From Bacteroidota bacterium (GTDB taxonomy: Bacteria; Bacteroidota; Bacteroidia; AKYH767-A; 2013-40CM-41-45): a stretch of 64,000 bases of DNA. Positions 27,352 to 37,344 of this stretch are shown piece after piece (positions within the stretch are counted from its first letter, which is position 1; each line of letters opens with the position of its first letter). The DNA is taken from positions 13,270 through 77,269 of the forward strand of contig PLYJ01000069.1 in assembly GCA_003151745.1 (NCBI GenBank), in the 5' to 3' direction. The translations under genes and the position numbers were made by a program. The notes below the pieces were generated by a model. The model did not search any database. It was not told where the DNA came from and saw only the letters and a list, made by a program, of their open reading frames with translations.

Positions 27352-28860
27352 ATGAAATTTGAAATTAACAAAGACAATCCTTCTATCATTAAAGTAATAG
27401 GAGTAGGCGGAGGAGGAAGCAACGCTGTGAATCACATGTTCCGCCAGGGAATTAAGGGCGTTGAATTTGTGGTATGCAATACCGATTCGCAGGCGCTTGA
27501 GATCAGTCCCGTTCCGCATAAGATTCAGTTGGGTTCCAGCCTGACTGATGGGCGCGGCGCAGGTTCAATTCCTGAAGTGGGCAAAAATGCTGCCATCGAA
27601 AACATTGATGAAATAAAATCCATCCTGTTTGATAACACGAAGATGGTGTTCATTACTGCCGGCATGGGCGGAGGCACCGGCACAGGGGCTGCTCCAATCA
27701 TTGCACAGGCGGCAAAAGAAATGGGCATACTTACGGTTGGCATCGTAACCGTTCCGTTTTTGTTTGAAGGCAAAAAGAGAAAGGCGCAGGCTGATAATGG
27801 TATTGAAGAGTTGAAGAAAAATGTGGATACCCTTTTAGTTATCTGCAACGATAAGCTTCGCGAGATGTACGGCAACCTGAAGCTGGGCGAGGCATTCACC
27901 CATGCCGACGATATTCTCACTACGGCTGCCAAAGGCATCGCAGAGATTATCACCGTGACAGGTTACATCAACGTTGACTTTGAAGATGTGAAAACGGTGA
28001 TGACTAACAGCGGTGTAGCCATCATGGGTTCTGCTTCTGCCAGTGGCGACGACCGGGCCATTGTTGCCGTTGAGCAGGCGCTTGCCTCTCCGTTGCTGAA
28101 TGACAATAACATCAAGGGTGCGCGTTACATTCTCATGAACATTGCTTCCGGAACGCATGAAGTAACCATGGATGAAATAGGAGCCATCACAGATTTCATA
28201 CAGGATGAAGCAGGATTAACAGCCGACATAATCTGGGGTAATTGCCTCGATGAAACGTTGGGAGATAAAGTAAGTGTTACCATCATCGCCACAGGCTTTA
28301 AGACTAAAGCAGAGATCGGACATGAGGAACAGAGCAAAAAGAAGATTGTTGGTATATATGATGAAAAGGAAAAGAAACAGGAAGTAAAAGAAACGTTTAC
28401 CGAGGAAAGAAAGGACAATATATTTATCCAGCAGCCGGAAATAACCACGGAGATGAAGCCTTCTGAAGAAACCATCAGCGTTGAGTTTGACCTGACTACC
28501 TCACAAAAAGAAGATACGGCAACTCCTGCACCGGTTATTGAGAGAGTGATTGAAACAAGGCAGGAGCAACCGGTTGCTGCACGCAGACTGCCTCCACAGG
28601 ATGACGACAGTTTAGAGGAACAGCTTCGCAGATCGAGAGAGAAGGTGATGAAGTTGAAAAACCTCAGTTATGGATTTAACAATCCCGATAAGATCAATGA
28701 ACTGGAAAAGGAGCCGGCTTATATGAGGCGTAATATCAAGCTGGATACGGTAGTTCCTTCCAACCAGTCGCAGGTGTCAAGATATACGCTGAGTAATGAA
28801 GATGAAAAGAAGCCGGAGATAAAGCCGAACAATTCGTTCTTGCACGATAATGTTGACTAA
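27352..28860 (+). CDS. ftsZ: Cell division protein FtsZ
   Basis: Tubulin signature GGGTGTGAAP, a long disordered linker, and a conserved C-terminal peptide. Confidence 0.97.
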   Translation: MKFEINKDNPSIIKVIGVGGGGSNAVNHMFRQGIKGVEFVVCNTDSQALEISPVPHKIQLGSSLTDGRGAGSIPEVGKNAAIENIDEIKSILFDNTKMVFITAGMGGGTGTGAAPIIAQAAKEMGILTVGIVTVPFLFEGKKRKAQADNGIEELKKNVDTLLVICNDKLREMYGNLKLGEAFTHADDILTTAAKGIAEIITVTGYINVDFEDVKTVMTNSGVAIMGSASASGDDRAIVAVEQALASPLLNDNNIKGARYILMNIASGTHEVTMDEIGAITDFIQDEAGLTADIIWGNCLDETLGDKVSVTIIATGFKTKAEIGHEEQSKKKIVGIYDEKEKKQEVKETFTEERKDNIFIQQPEITTEMKPSEETISVEFDLTTSQKEDTATPAPVIERVIETRQEQPVAARRLPPQDDDSLEEQLRRSREKVMKLKNLSYGFNNPDKINELEKEPAYMRRNIKLDTVVPSNQSQVSRYTLSNEDEKKPEIKPNNSFLHDNVD

Positions 28861-28861
28861 A

Positions 28862-28901
28862 AGCCTCACCCCAACCCCTCTCCAAAGGAGAGGGGCTTTA
28901 A
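28862..28901. repeat. Intergenic copy of the GC-rich palindromic element (AGCCTC.CCCAACCCCTC..CAAAGGA..GGGGCTTT)
   Basis: Hairpin CCCCTCTCC-AAA-GGAGAGGGG with a CCTCACCCCAAC flank. It is nearly identical to the reverse complement of 56906-56943 inside the aminotransferase gene. Confidence 0.85.
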
Positions 28902-28905
28902 AAAT

Positions 28906-29361
28906 ATGAGTTTAGAAGAAAAAGTAAACGCTGATTTAAAAACTGCCATGCTGGCAAAGCAGGAGGCTGCTGTGCGAGGGCTTAGAGCAATTAAATCGGC
29001 GATCATAGTGGAGAAGACTTCGGGAGCAGGAGGAGTTATTTCTGCCGAGGCGGAGATGAAGATGCTGCAAAAACTGGTTAAGCAACGAAAAGAATCTGCT
29101 GACATATATGTGCAACAGAACCGTGCTGACCTTGCCAAGACAGAACAGGAAGAAATTGCTGTGATAGAAAAATATCTGCCGAAGCAGATGGATGAAAATG
29201 AACTGAGGGTGGAATTAAAAAAGATCATTGAAAATGTCGGAGCAAAAACCCTTGCCGATTTAGGCAAAGTGATGGGAGTAGCAAGCAAGCAATTTGCCGG
29301 TAAAGCCGATGGCAAGATGATATCTCAAATAGTAAAAGAACTTTTATCTGCCGGCGCCTGA
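28906..29361 (+). CDS. yqeY: GatB/YqeY domain protein
   Basis: The family-typical start (L...I..DLK.AMLAK) and size. Confidence 0.85.
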   Translation: MSLEEKVNADLKTAMLAKQEAAVRGLRAIKSAIIVEKTSGAGGVISAEAEMKMLQKLVKQRKESADIYVQQNRADLAKTEQEEIAVIEKYLPKQMDENELRVELKKIIENVGAKTLADLGKVMGVASKQFAGKADGKMISQIVKELLSAGA

Positions 29362-29630
29362 ACGACATGTTCGGACTGGCAAGGTTAGTTTTGTTTGTTT
29401 TCATGTTGTAAGTTGTAACCCTATACCTTAACCGGTGCAAGGTTTTTTTCTCTCAAAAATGGCTTTTTTAACGGCTTATTGTCTCTTTTAGGGCTTTTTT
29501 TATAGTACACATGTCCTATTTTGTCCTATAAACATAGTTTTTGCGTAAACTTCATGAATTGCCTGGTTTACGTGGCAGTAATACCGATTTAAGTTTTCTT
29601 CAAACCCCTGAAAAAACACCCTCCGTTTTA

Positions 29631-29925
29631 ATGAAACGTTAGCGCATTTCGTCGTGGCGTGATCACACTTTGATGAAGCGTCAGGGTATTTCGGTGTGGT
29701 GTGATCATACTTCAATGAAACGTCAGAGCATTTCGATGTGATGCGATCACACTTTGATGAAACGTCAGAGCATTTCGGTGTGGTGTGATCACACTTCGAT
29801 GAAACGTCAGAGCATTTTGTCGTGGTGTGATCACACTTCGATGAAACGTCAGAGCATTTCGCCGTGATGTGATCAAACTTCAATGAAACGTTAGAGCATT
29901 TTGTTCTGGTGTTAGAGCATTTTTG
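29631..29925. repeat. Tandem array 2: 7 units of exactly 42 bp, each holding the perfect palindrome GTGTGATCACAC plus a GATGAAACGTCAGAGCATTTC module
   Basis: ATGAA(A/G)CG starts at 29631, 29673, 29715, 29757, 29799, 29841 and 29883, all 42 bp apart. Confidence 0.95.
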
Positions 29926-30611
29926 AGATGAATTGGCTTTTTTTAATGAAAAAAGGGGATTGTGTAATTACAACGCAATTATTTATCACCCAAAGACCTT
30001 GTGCTAAACTGCGCCGAGCAGGGATTTCTAAGGTTGTGGTGATTGGTATGATTTGGTTGGATGGGCGTAGTTGGCCTACACACATGCCAACCTTAGAAAC
30101 TACACCCAACGGGGTTTTAATTTGTACTGTTGCGTCTGCATCAGTAACTGTTGACTTGGCTCCGATGGAGAGGGAGGAAGAAAATAGAGAGACTTGTAGG
30201 ATGCAGGGCTTTTTTGGTTTAAGTGAATTTGGAAATTGGATTTATAATTAAAAGTTATACATTTGCTCATAATAATTATAAAAGAAAAGAAATGTAGAAA
30301 GTAAAAGATAAATAGAATTGCGTTAGCAATATTCTTGCTTAGAAAACAGCGAATTTTCAAACATGTCAAGAATAAGCGAAACGCCCATGCAATGCGTGGG
30401 CTTAGCTTATTTGACATGTGGGTGCTTCGCTGTACCTCTAAGCAGATGGCTAATGTCCCACGCAGTTTTTTTATATACCCATGAGAAAATCTTTAAAATA
30501 ATAAAGGAGTATCCTGAAAATCCTAAAACAGAGTAAGGCGCGTAAGCTGAAAAGCGAATGAGTAGGCAAATGAAAAATAATGTCCTAAACAATTTAAAAT
30601 CAAAAAAGAAA

Positions 30612-31124
30612 ATGAAAAAGAAAAATTTATTAATCGCGGTTTTCGTAGTCGCAACAGCAATGTTTAGCGGATGTGCTAAGGATGGCGCAACTGGACCACA
30701 AGGTCCGGCAGGAACTAATGGAAGTGCTAATGTTAATACTGCATTATTTAACGTAACCCCGGGGCAATGGAATAATCCTTCATCAGGGTATTATAATTTT
30801 GGGATAGCTGATGCAGATATTACAAATTCGGACAATGATGTGGTAATGGTTTACATGCTAAGCGGACAAACAGGTGGTAGTGATACTTGGGTTTCATTAC
30901 CAATATCCAATTGGTTTGTCAGCGGTGATGATATGTATTTTACATACTTTGGAAGTAGCAGTGCAGCAGGAGAAATAGCACTTTATTATAATAGTTCTTC
31001 GGCTCAGAGTTCAACGCTTACTTTCAAGGCGGTAGTTATTCCTCCTGCTGCACGAATGGCGAATACAAATGTAAATTTAAAAAACTATGAAGAAGTTAAG
31101 GCAGCATTTAATTTGCAAGATTGA
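30612..31124 (+). CDS. Lipoprotein with a short collagen-like G-X-Y run, hypothetical
   Basis: MKKKNLLIAVFVVATAMFSGC lipobox followed by GATGPQGPAGTNGSA (5 G-X-Y triplets). An upstream in-frame ATG at 30558 is possible. Confidence 0.6.
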   Translation: MKKKNLLIAVFVVATAMFSGCAKDGATGPQGPAGTNGSANVNTALFNVTPGQWNNPSSGYYNFGIADADITNSDNDVVMVYMLSGQTGGSDTWVSLPISNWFVSGDDMYFTYFGSSSAAGEIALYYNSSSAQSSTLTFKAVVIPPAARMANTNVNLKNYEEVKAAFNLQD

Positions 31125-31175
31125 TTTTTTATCTTTGACCTCAAACCCTGACGTTTTGAAACGTCTGGGTTATTA

Positions 31176-31535
31176 ATGCACATGATGATAAACTTAGTTG
31201 CAAAACTTTCTGACGATAATATTATTACATTCCAAAAGACAAAAAGGAAAACGTGGAGTGAGCAAGGGAAAATTACTTTGCCTGCCCCGTGTAATAAAAA
31301 ATTAGATTCTATTTACGTACTTAAGGTTCATGATAGTATTGAAGTTTCGATTTTAATACCAAATCATGCAAGCACCCTATGTTACTTGTATCACGGTGAC
31401 AATAATAATACTCCATCTTATTATCAATTTCAAATTCCTATAGATGTTAGAGATTATTTGATAAAATATATTGCTGATAAAAAGAATATTAATTTTGAAT
31501 TTGATTTGAGAAAAAGAGAAGTAAAGATAAAATAA
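31176..31535 (+). CDS. Hypothetical protein (119 aa), AT-rich
   Basis: ORF only, with no motif. It lies in an AT-rich accessory patch. Confidence 0.35.
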   Translation: MHMMINLVAKLSDDNIITFQKTKRKTWSEQGKITLPAPCNKKLDSIYVLKVHDSIEVSILIPNHASTLCYLYHGDNNNTPSYYQFQIPIDVRDYLIKYIADKKNINFEFDLRKREVKIK

Positions 31536-31543
31536 ATTGGCTG

Positions 31544-31627
31544 CCCCGCTACGCAGGATTTTGTTAATGCTGCGTTTTCAAAACTTGGCAATCGTTTATT
31601 CTGTGCGCATTTATTTTCATTTTGTTT
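31544..31627. repeat. Conserved ~84-bp leader element (Y) of the DUF433 cassettes, copy 1
   Basis: High identity by eye (only a handful of mismatches) to 42547-42630. Contains the hairpin CGCAGGATT-TTGTT-AAT(G/C)CTGCG. Confidence 0.8.
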
Positions 31628-31712
31628 TTAACCTGTCAAGCCTTTAAAAACAACCCTTCACGTCCGTAGCTCAGCTATCTGATTCTTTTTTGCTTTGCGT
31701 GGCGCAAAGGGT

Positions 31713-31720
31713 TATCTTTG
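31713..31720 (+). promoter_or_regulatory. -7 box TATCTTTG upstream of the DUF433 gene
   Basis: Exact TAnnTTTG, 22 nt before the ATG at 31743. Confidence 0.4.
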
Positions 31721-31742
31721 GGGAAAAATAAATACTACTGCT

Positions 31743-31973
31743 ATGCAATACGGAGCCATCAACATTGATCCTGAAACAATGGGCGGAACAGCGGTTTTCA
31801 CCGGTACAAGAGTTCCCATCCAGGCAATCTTTGACTACATTGAAACAGGCGAAACATTAGAAGAATTTTTGGAAAATTTCCCAACTGTTTCCCACGAGCA
31901 AGCTCTTGAAGTTCTTGAAAAAGCAAAACGAAGCATAACATCAGAAAAGTTTTTGAATGAGAATTTTGCTTGA
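31743..31973 (+). CDS. DUF433 antitoxin-like protein
   Basis: IDPETMGGTAVFTGTRVPIQAIFDYIETGETLEEFLENFP is the typical DUF433 core. It overlaps the downstream partner. Confidence 0.8.
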   Translation: MQYGAINIDPETMGGTAVFTGTRVPIQAIFDYIETGETLEEFLENFPTVSHEQALEVLEKAKRSITSEKFLNENFA

Positions 31974-32283
31974 CGAAAACATTCCTGCTAAAGTCAAATC
32001 TGACTTTGGTAAAGACTTTGAGGTGAGAACTGTCAGAGATATGAGATGGTCTGGCAAAAAGAACGGAGAACTGCTTGGGCTTATTACATTTAATGGATTT
32101 GATTTTTTTATTACGCTTGATAAAAACCTGAAGCACCAGCAAAACCTTGCCAAATTTGATATAAAAATATTTATTCTGCTCGCGAAGGATAACAAACACC
32201 AGACGTTGCAGCCATTCATAGAGAAGGTGAAATATCTGCTAAAAAGTGAGGCATATAAAAAATTTAACGAAGTAGGGCTGTAG
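31957..32283 (+). CDS. DUF5615 (Mut7-C/PIN-like) toxin-like protein
   Basis: MRILLDENIP start with acidic residues of a PIN-like fold. Overlaps the DUF433 gene by 17 nt. Confidence 0.75.
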   Translation: MRILLDENIPAKVKSDFGKDFEVRTVRDMRWSGKKNGELLGLITFNGFDFFITLDKNLKHQQNLAKFDIKIFILLAKDNKHQTLQPFIEKVKYLLKSEAYKKFNEVGL

Positions 32284-32319
32284 CAAAAAACGGAAGATGA
32301 ACATCACATAAAAAGTTCA

Positions 32320-32547
32320 TCAGGCAACGTGTTTCAGGTTAGAGCCGGAAGTAAGAAGTTTTGCATATTGAAGGCAGGCAAGAATATCTTCCTTTTCGAG
32401 TTCAGGATGATCTGCAAGAATCTGTTGGATGGTCATCTCGGATGAAAGCATGTCAAGAATCACTTCTACAGGCCATCGCATACCTCTGATGCTTGGTTTG
32501 CCGTGACAGATTTCCGGTTGAATAGTTATTCTCTCAAGATAATTCAT
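32320..32547 (-). CDS. DUF433 protein without an adjacent partner
   Basis: ITIQPEICHGKPSIRGMRWPVEVILDMLSSEMTIQQILADHPELEKEDILACLQYA. The ATG at 32547 is preferred over the longer ORF. Confidence 0.75.
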   Translation of the reverse strand: MNYLERITIQPEICHGKPSIRGMRWPVEVILDMLSSEMTIQQILADHPELEKEDILACLQYAKLLTSGSNLKHVA

Positions 32548-32632
32548 AGTTATTCTTTGATTGCTCAAATTTACGTTATTCCTTCCGAAACTCAAACTAA
32601 AGGAAATTAAATGACGCTGGTATAGGCATAAG

Positions 32633-32664
32633 AAAACCCTGCCTTATCGGCAGGGTTTTTTTAT
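32633..32664. terminator. Rho-independent terminator downstream of groEL (usable on both strands)
   Basis: AACCCTGCC-TTAT-(C)GGCAGGGTT flanked by an A-run and a T-run. Confidence 0.8.
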
Positions 32665-32705
32665 CCTTTATTGCTTCTCGTGGAGAAGGCTTCAAAACGG
32701 ATTTC

Positions 32706-34382
<1,677 letters not shown>

Positions 34383-34458
34383 TTAATTAGACTTGAGTAT
34401 TAGATATTAGATTTGAGACAAAGGGGATTATCTAATGTCTCACGTCTCATATCTCTTT

Positions 34459-34749
34459 TTAAAGAATTGCGAAAATGTCGCTTTCACGCATAATAAGGTA
34501 TTCCTTATTTTCTACCGTGATTTCTGTACCGGCGTATTTACCATATAAAATGGTGTCGCCAACCTTTACAGTAGGTTTGTTTCCTTTTTCATCCACTTCG
34601 CTGATGGAAAGAACCTTGCCTCTTTGAGGTTTTTCTTTCGCTGTGTCAGGAATGATGATTCCGCTTGCTGTCTTTTCTTCCGCGGGAGCAGGCTCAACCA
34701 AAACTCTGTTTTGGGTGCCCGCAATTGGCTTGATACTTACTTTACTCAT
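34459..34749 (-). CDS. groS: Co-chaperonin GroES
   Basis: 96 aa, immediately upstream of groEL. Contains the mobile-loop region TASGIIIPD. Confidence 0.97.
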   Translation of the reverse strand: MSKVSIKPIAGTQNRVLVEPAPAEEKTASGIIIPDTAKEKPQRGKVLSISEVDEKGNKPTVKVGDTILYGKYAGTEITVENKEYLIMRESDIFAIL

Positions 34750-34823
34750 GTTGTTTAAATAGTTAAAAGGTTAAATATTAATTAGGAATTGTTGATCTTC
34801 CTGAAAACCTCGGGAAGAGTGAA

Positions 34824-34839
34824 TCCCGCACGTGCGGGA
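34824..34839. repeat. Perfect 16-bp palindrome TCCCGCACGTGCGGGA upstream of groES
   Basis: An identical 16-mer occurs at 40474-40489 inside the miaB 5' region. Confidence 0.8.
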
Positions 34840-34974
34840 GTGAAAACCCTGTTGTCAGATACCATGCCAGTAACGCTTTTTGTCATTTTTTCCATTTTTG
34901 AACTCCCTTTAATGAAAAGATGTCACCTTAGTAGTGCCCATCATGACATTTTTGACCTGATCTAAGGGATTAGG

Positions 34975-35343
34975 TTATTTTGTCTTAGTTGGCGCTGGTG
35001 CGGGCGGGGGTGCTTGACCTGGTTGTCCTGCAGGCTGTTGTTGCTGCATTGATCTACCCGAATTTGCTTTTGCGCCTTCTGCCTGCTCCTGCAAGGTAGA
35101 TGTGTTATCCTTACTTCCATGACTTGATAAGGCCAAGCTTGCGCCAAGGCAGAATATAACTAACGCCAACGCCAGTCCCCACGTTAGCTTTTCTATGAAG
35201 TCAGTAGTCTTTTTAACTCCCATCATCTGGGAGCCGCCTGTGAAGCCGCTTGCAAGGCCTCCGCCTTTGGAATTTTGTGCCAGCACTACCAGCACAAGCA
35301 ATACACAGGTAATGACAATTAATACGGTAAGTAAGGTAAACAT
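34975..35343 (-). CDS. secG: Preprotein translocase subunit SecG
   Basis: Two TM helices and a Gly-rich loop (NSKGGGLASGFTGG). Confidence 0.85.
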   Translation of the reverse strand: MFTLLTVLIVITCVLLVLVVLAQNSKGGGLASGFTGGSQMMGVKKTTDFIEKLTWGLALALVIFCLGASLALSSHGSKDNTSTLQEQAEGAKANSGRSMQQQQPAGQPGQAPPPAPAPTKTK

Positions 35344-35371
35344 GAATTTGAGATTTGAGATTTGATCCCGA

Positions 35372-36709
35372 TTATTCGGGATGATTTTCTTTTAAAATGT
35401 TGTTTATTTTTTCAATAAAGGGTGCAAAGGAAGCACTTTTTTCGGGATATAGCAAGGTCAATCTTTCATAGCAGGAACGGGCTTTTGGATAGTTTCCCTG
35501 ATCAAAATAGATGCGGGCAAGTGTTTCGGAGATAATGTCTTCATTATCAATAATGCTCTGCCTTGCCATGTTGGCAGGAGAATAGAATTCAGTCTTTGGG
35601 GGAGCTATTCTTGGGGCTGCAGCGATGAATTTATCAATTAAAGCCCCCCTATCCCCCGAAGGGGGGGAGATAATTTCATCTTTTCGATTATAATCGGATG
35701 AAAGCGGTTCGTCTTTAACTTCTTCAACTGTTGTATGTCCACCACTCTTCCGTTTTAACCAATCTATAAAGGAGATGGCTCCCCCACCCCCCAAAGGGGG
35801 GACTGGCTCCGAAGCTTTATTCAAGTCGGCTTCCCCCCTTTGGGGGGCGGCGGGGCTTATCTCAGGCAACTTTTCTAATTCCTGTAAATAGTTTTCTTCA
35901 ATGATGGTTTCTATTTCAAGGCCTTCTATCTCATCCATCGGTTCTGCGGGTAACTTATCGAGAACGGAATGTGTAGTTGATTCTTCCTCCTTGACGACAG
36001 GTAACTCTGCGGTAGCAACCTTTTCTTCTTTTACTTCTTCCTTGCTGCTGATTGCTTTTTCAATAGTTGGAGGAATTGCTTCAGAAATTATTTCCTGTTC
36101 CGCAGGTTTATTCTTTGCAAGAATTTCACTTAGCCGCCTGCGGATTATTTCTTCATTGGTGGTTGCAGGTTCATCAAAGGCAGGTGTTAAAGGTTCAGCG
36201 ACACTTTTCTTTTCTTCAATTATTTTTTCTTGCTGAATTTCGGGTTCTTCCCTGTATTTCGATTCAGGTTCAACGGCTGTTGTATTTTCTCTAAATGAAG
36301 AAGTATTTTCTTTGATTTCAAAAGCAGGTGTTTCAATTGACTCTTCGCTTTCTGATGAAAGTGCAAATTGTTTGTCTGACAATACTTCACTTGATTTAAA
36401 GGATGATTCTTGACTTAAAGGTTGTTTTTGTTCAATAACAAAAACATTGCTTTCCTCATCCGCTGTTTGCTTTGTAGTTTCATCATTGATAAGATGAAAC
36501 AACACTTTACGGTCAGCAGCATAAGCCGATGCTGTTTTTAATTCTGAATGAAAATGAATGCTTCCCTGGTTGTGAAAGCTCTTCGCCAATAATAACCGTG
36601 TAGTCTGGAAATAAGGAAACGTGCGGACAATATCCCACAATTCGGAAGTTTCTTCTTTTGAAGAGGTGCCTTTATTTTCTATCAATTTAATTAAACGCTG
36701 TCTTTCCAA
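35372..36709 (-). CDS. Hypothetical protein with a conserved N- and TPR-like C-terminus and an acidic low-complexity middle
   Basis: 445-aa ORF in the secG-lptE neighbourhood. The C-terminus LARIYFDQGNYPKARSCYERLTLLYPEK is TPR-like. The middle carries GC-palindrome insertions. Confidence 0.65.
   Translation of the reverse strand: MERQRLIKLIENKGTSSKEETSELWDIVRTFPYFQTTRLLLAKSFHNQGSIHFHSELKTASAYAADRKVLFHLINDETTKQTADEESNVFVIEQKQPLSQESSFKSSEVLSDKQFALSSESEESIETPAFEIKENTSSFRENTTAVEPESKYREEPEIQQEKIIEEKKSVAEPLTPAFDEPATTNEEIIRRRLSEILAKNKPAEQEIISEAIPPTIEKAISSKEEVKEEKVATAELPVVKEEESTTHSVLDKLPAEPMDEIEGLEIETIIEENYLQELEKLPEISPAAPQRGEADLNKASEPVPPLGGGGAISFIDWLKRKSGGHTTVEEVKDEPLSSDYNRKDEIISPPSGDRGALIDKFIAAAPRIAPPKTEFYSPANMARQSIIDNEDIISETLARIYFDQGNYPKARSCYERLTLLYPEKSASFAPFIEKINNILKENHPE
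35787..35847. repeat. Bipartite GC palindromic element inside the CDS (CCCCCCAAAGGGGGG ... CCCCCCTTTGGGGGG)
   Basis: Two perfect C6-N3-G6 hairpins at 35787-35801 and 35833-35847. A third related site is at 35646-35668. All are read through in frame (PVPPLGGGGA, APQRGEA, SPPSGDRGA). Confidence 0.85.
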
Positions 36710-36734
36710 AATCTGAAACTGTCTTATTTAATGC

Positions 36735-36768
36735 GATTCGTAAATTCGTACTGATTCGATATTCGTAG
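36735..36768. repeat. Isolated copy of the right arm of hairpin 40901-40971
   Basis: GATTCGTAAATTCGTACTGATTCGATATTCGTAG versus CATTCGTATATTCGTATTGATTCGTATTCGTAG differ by only a few substitutions plus one indel. No complementary arm is nearby. Confidence 0.7.
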
Positions 36769-36769
36769 A

Positions 36770-37273
36770 TTACCAGTTGCTTACCGATTTATTAAATATA
36801 TCATCCACTAATTGATCCGTGATTGTCTGAATCAAGCCGCTTTCCACAGCTGCCAGGTTTTGAGTGCCACCATAATCTGCAAAGCGTGAAAAAGACGTTT
36901 CAAAATTTTGCTTTTCGTCTTTTGTGTTGGTAAATTTTACTTTCACGGTAATGGTAAGACGGTTCTTTGCTGCAATATCATTACCCTGAATGGCAGTGGG
37001 AGCAACGGAATAACCCGTAATGCTTCCTTCAAAATCAATATCCCCGTTCTTGTCAAGCAATTTAAGATTGGTCTGCGACAGAAATTTATCTTTCATCTTT
37101 TCTGTAAATACCTGGCTGAGCGTAGGCTGCACATTAGGCGCATAGTTCGGAAAGTACTGTATTGAAATTGTTTTAACATCAGCAGCTATGGAAGCTCCGT
37201 TGAAATTATACCCCACTTTGCAACCCGCTGTCAAAAGTAGAACAAGAAGAAGATATTGGAGCTTTGACTTCAA
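36770..37273 (-). CDS. lptE: LPS assembly lipoprotein LptE-like
   Basis: Lipobox LLTAGC, the expected size, and the conserved position next to the sigma54 activator and miaB in Bacteroidota. Confidence 0.65.
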   Translation of the reverse strand: MKSKLQYLLLVLLLTAGCKVGYNFNGASIAADVKTISIQYFPNYAPNVQPTLSQVFTEKMKDKFLSQTNLKLLDKNGDIDFEGSITGYSVAPTAIQGNDIAAKNRLTITVKVKFTNTKDEKQNFETSFSRFADYGGTQNLAAVESGLIQTITDQLVDDIFNKSVSNW

Positions 37274-37283
37274 TCGTAATTAT

Positions 37284-37343
37284 GTTTGAAGTTTTAAGTT
37301 CGAGGTTTGAGGTTACGTAACTTCAAACCACAAACCACAAACC
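37284..37343. repeat. Hairpin with GTTTGA(A/G)G-type arms, related to 19151-19215
   Basis: GGTTTGAGGTT-ACGT-AACTTCAAACC core. The left arm GTTTGAAGTTTTAAGTTCGAGG resembles the left arm of the murD|ftsW hairpin. Confidence 0.7.
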
Positions 37344-37344
37344 T

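Noticed and set aside
29500-29883. 127-aa ORF (KCSDVSSKCDHTTT repeats) and 40567-40836 / 40543-40731 repeat ORFs as genes
   Set aside because: These are repeat-generated open frames with implausible composition. They are open on both strands in array 3.
29928-30251. 107-aa ORF as a gene
   Set aside because: It has an odd composition and no motif, and it overlaps an equally long antisense ORF. The region looks structured and non-coding, and cannot be resolved without a search.
31656-31680. tRNA gene or tRNA-derived att site (GTAGCTCAGC resembles a D-arm)
   Set aside because: Only about 12 nt resemble a tRNA 5' part. No anticodon arm, T-arm (GTTCGA.TC) or acceptor complement follows. It is too short to distinguish from chance.
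34750-34960. CIRCE/HrcA operator upstream of groES
   Set aside because: No TTAGCACTC-N9-GAGTGCTAA-like inverted repeat is present. The only palindrome (TCCCGCACGTGCGGGA) belongs to the dispersed GC element family.
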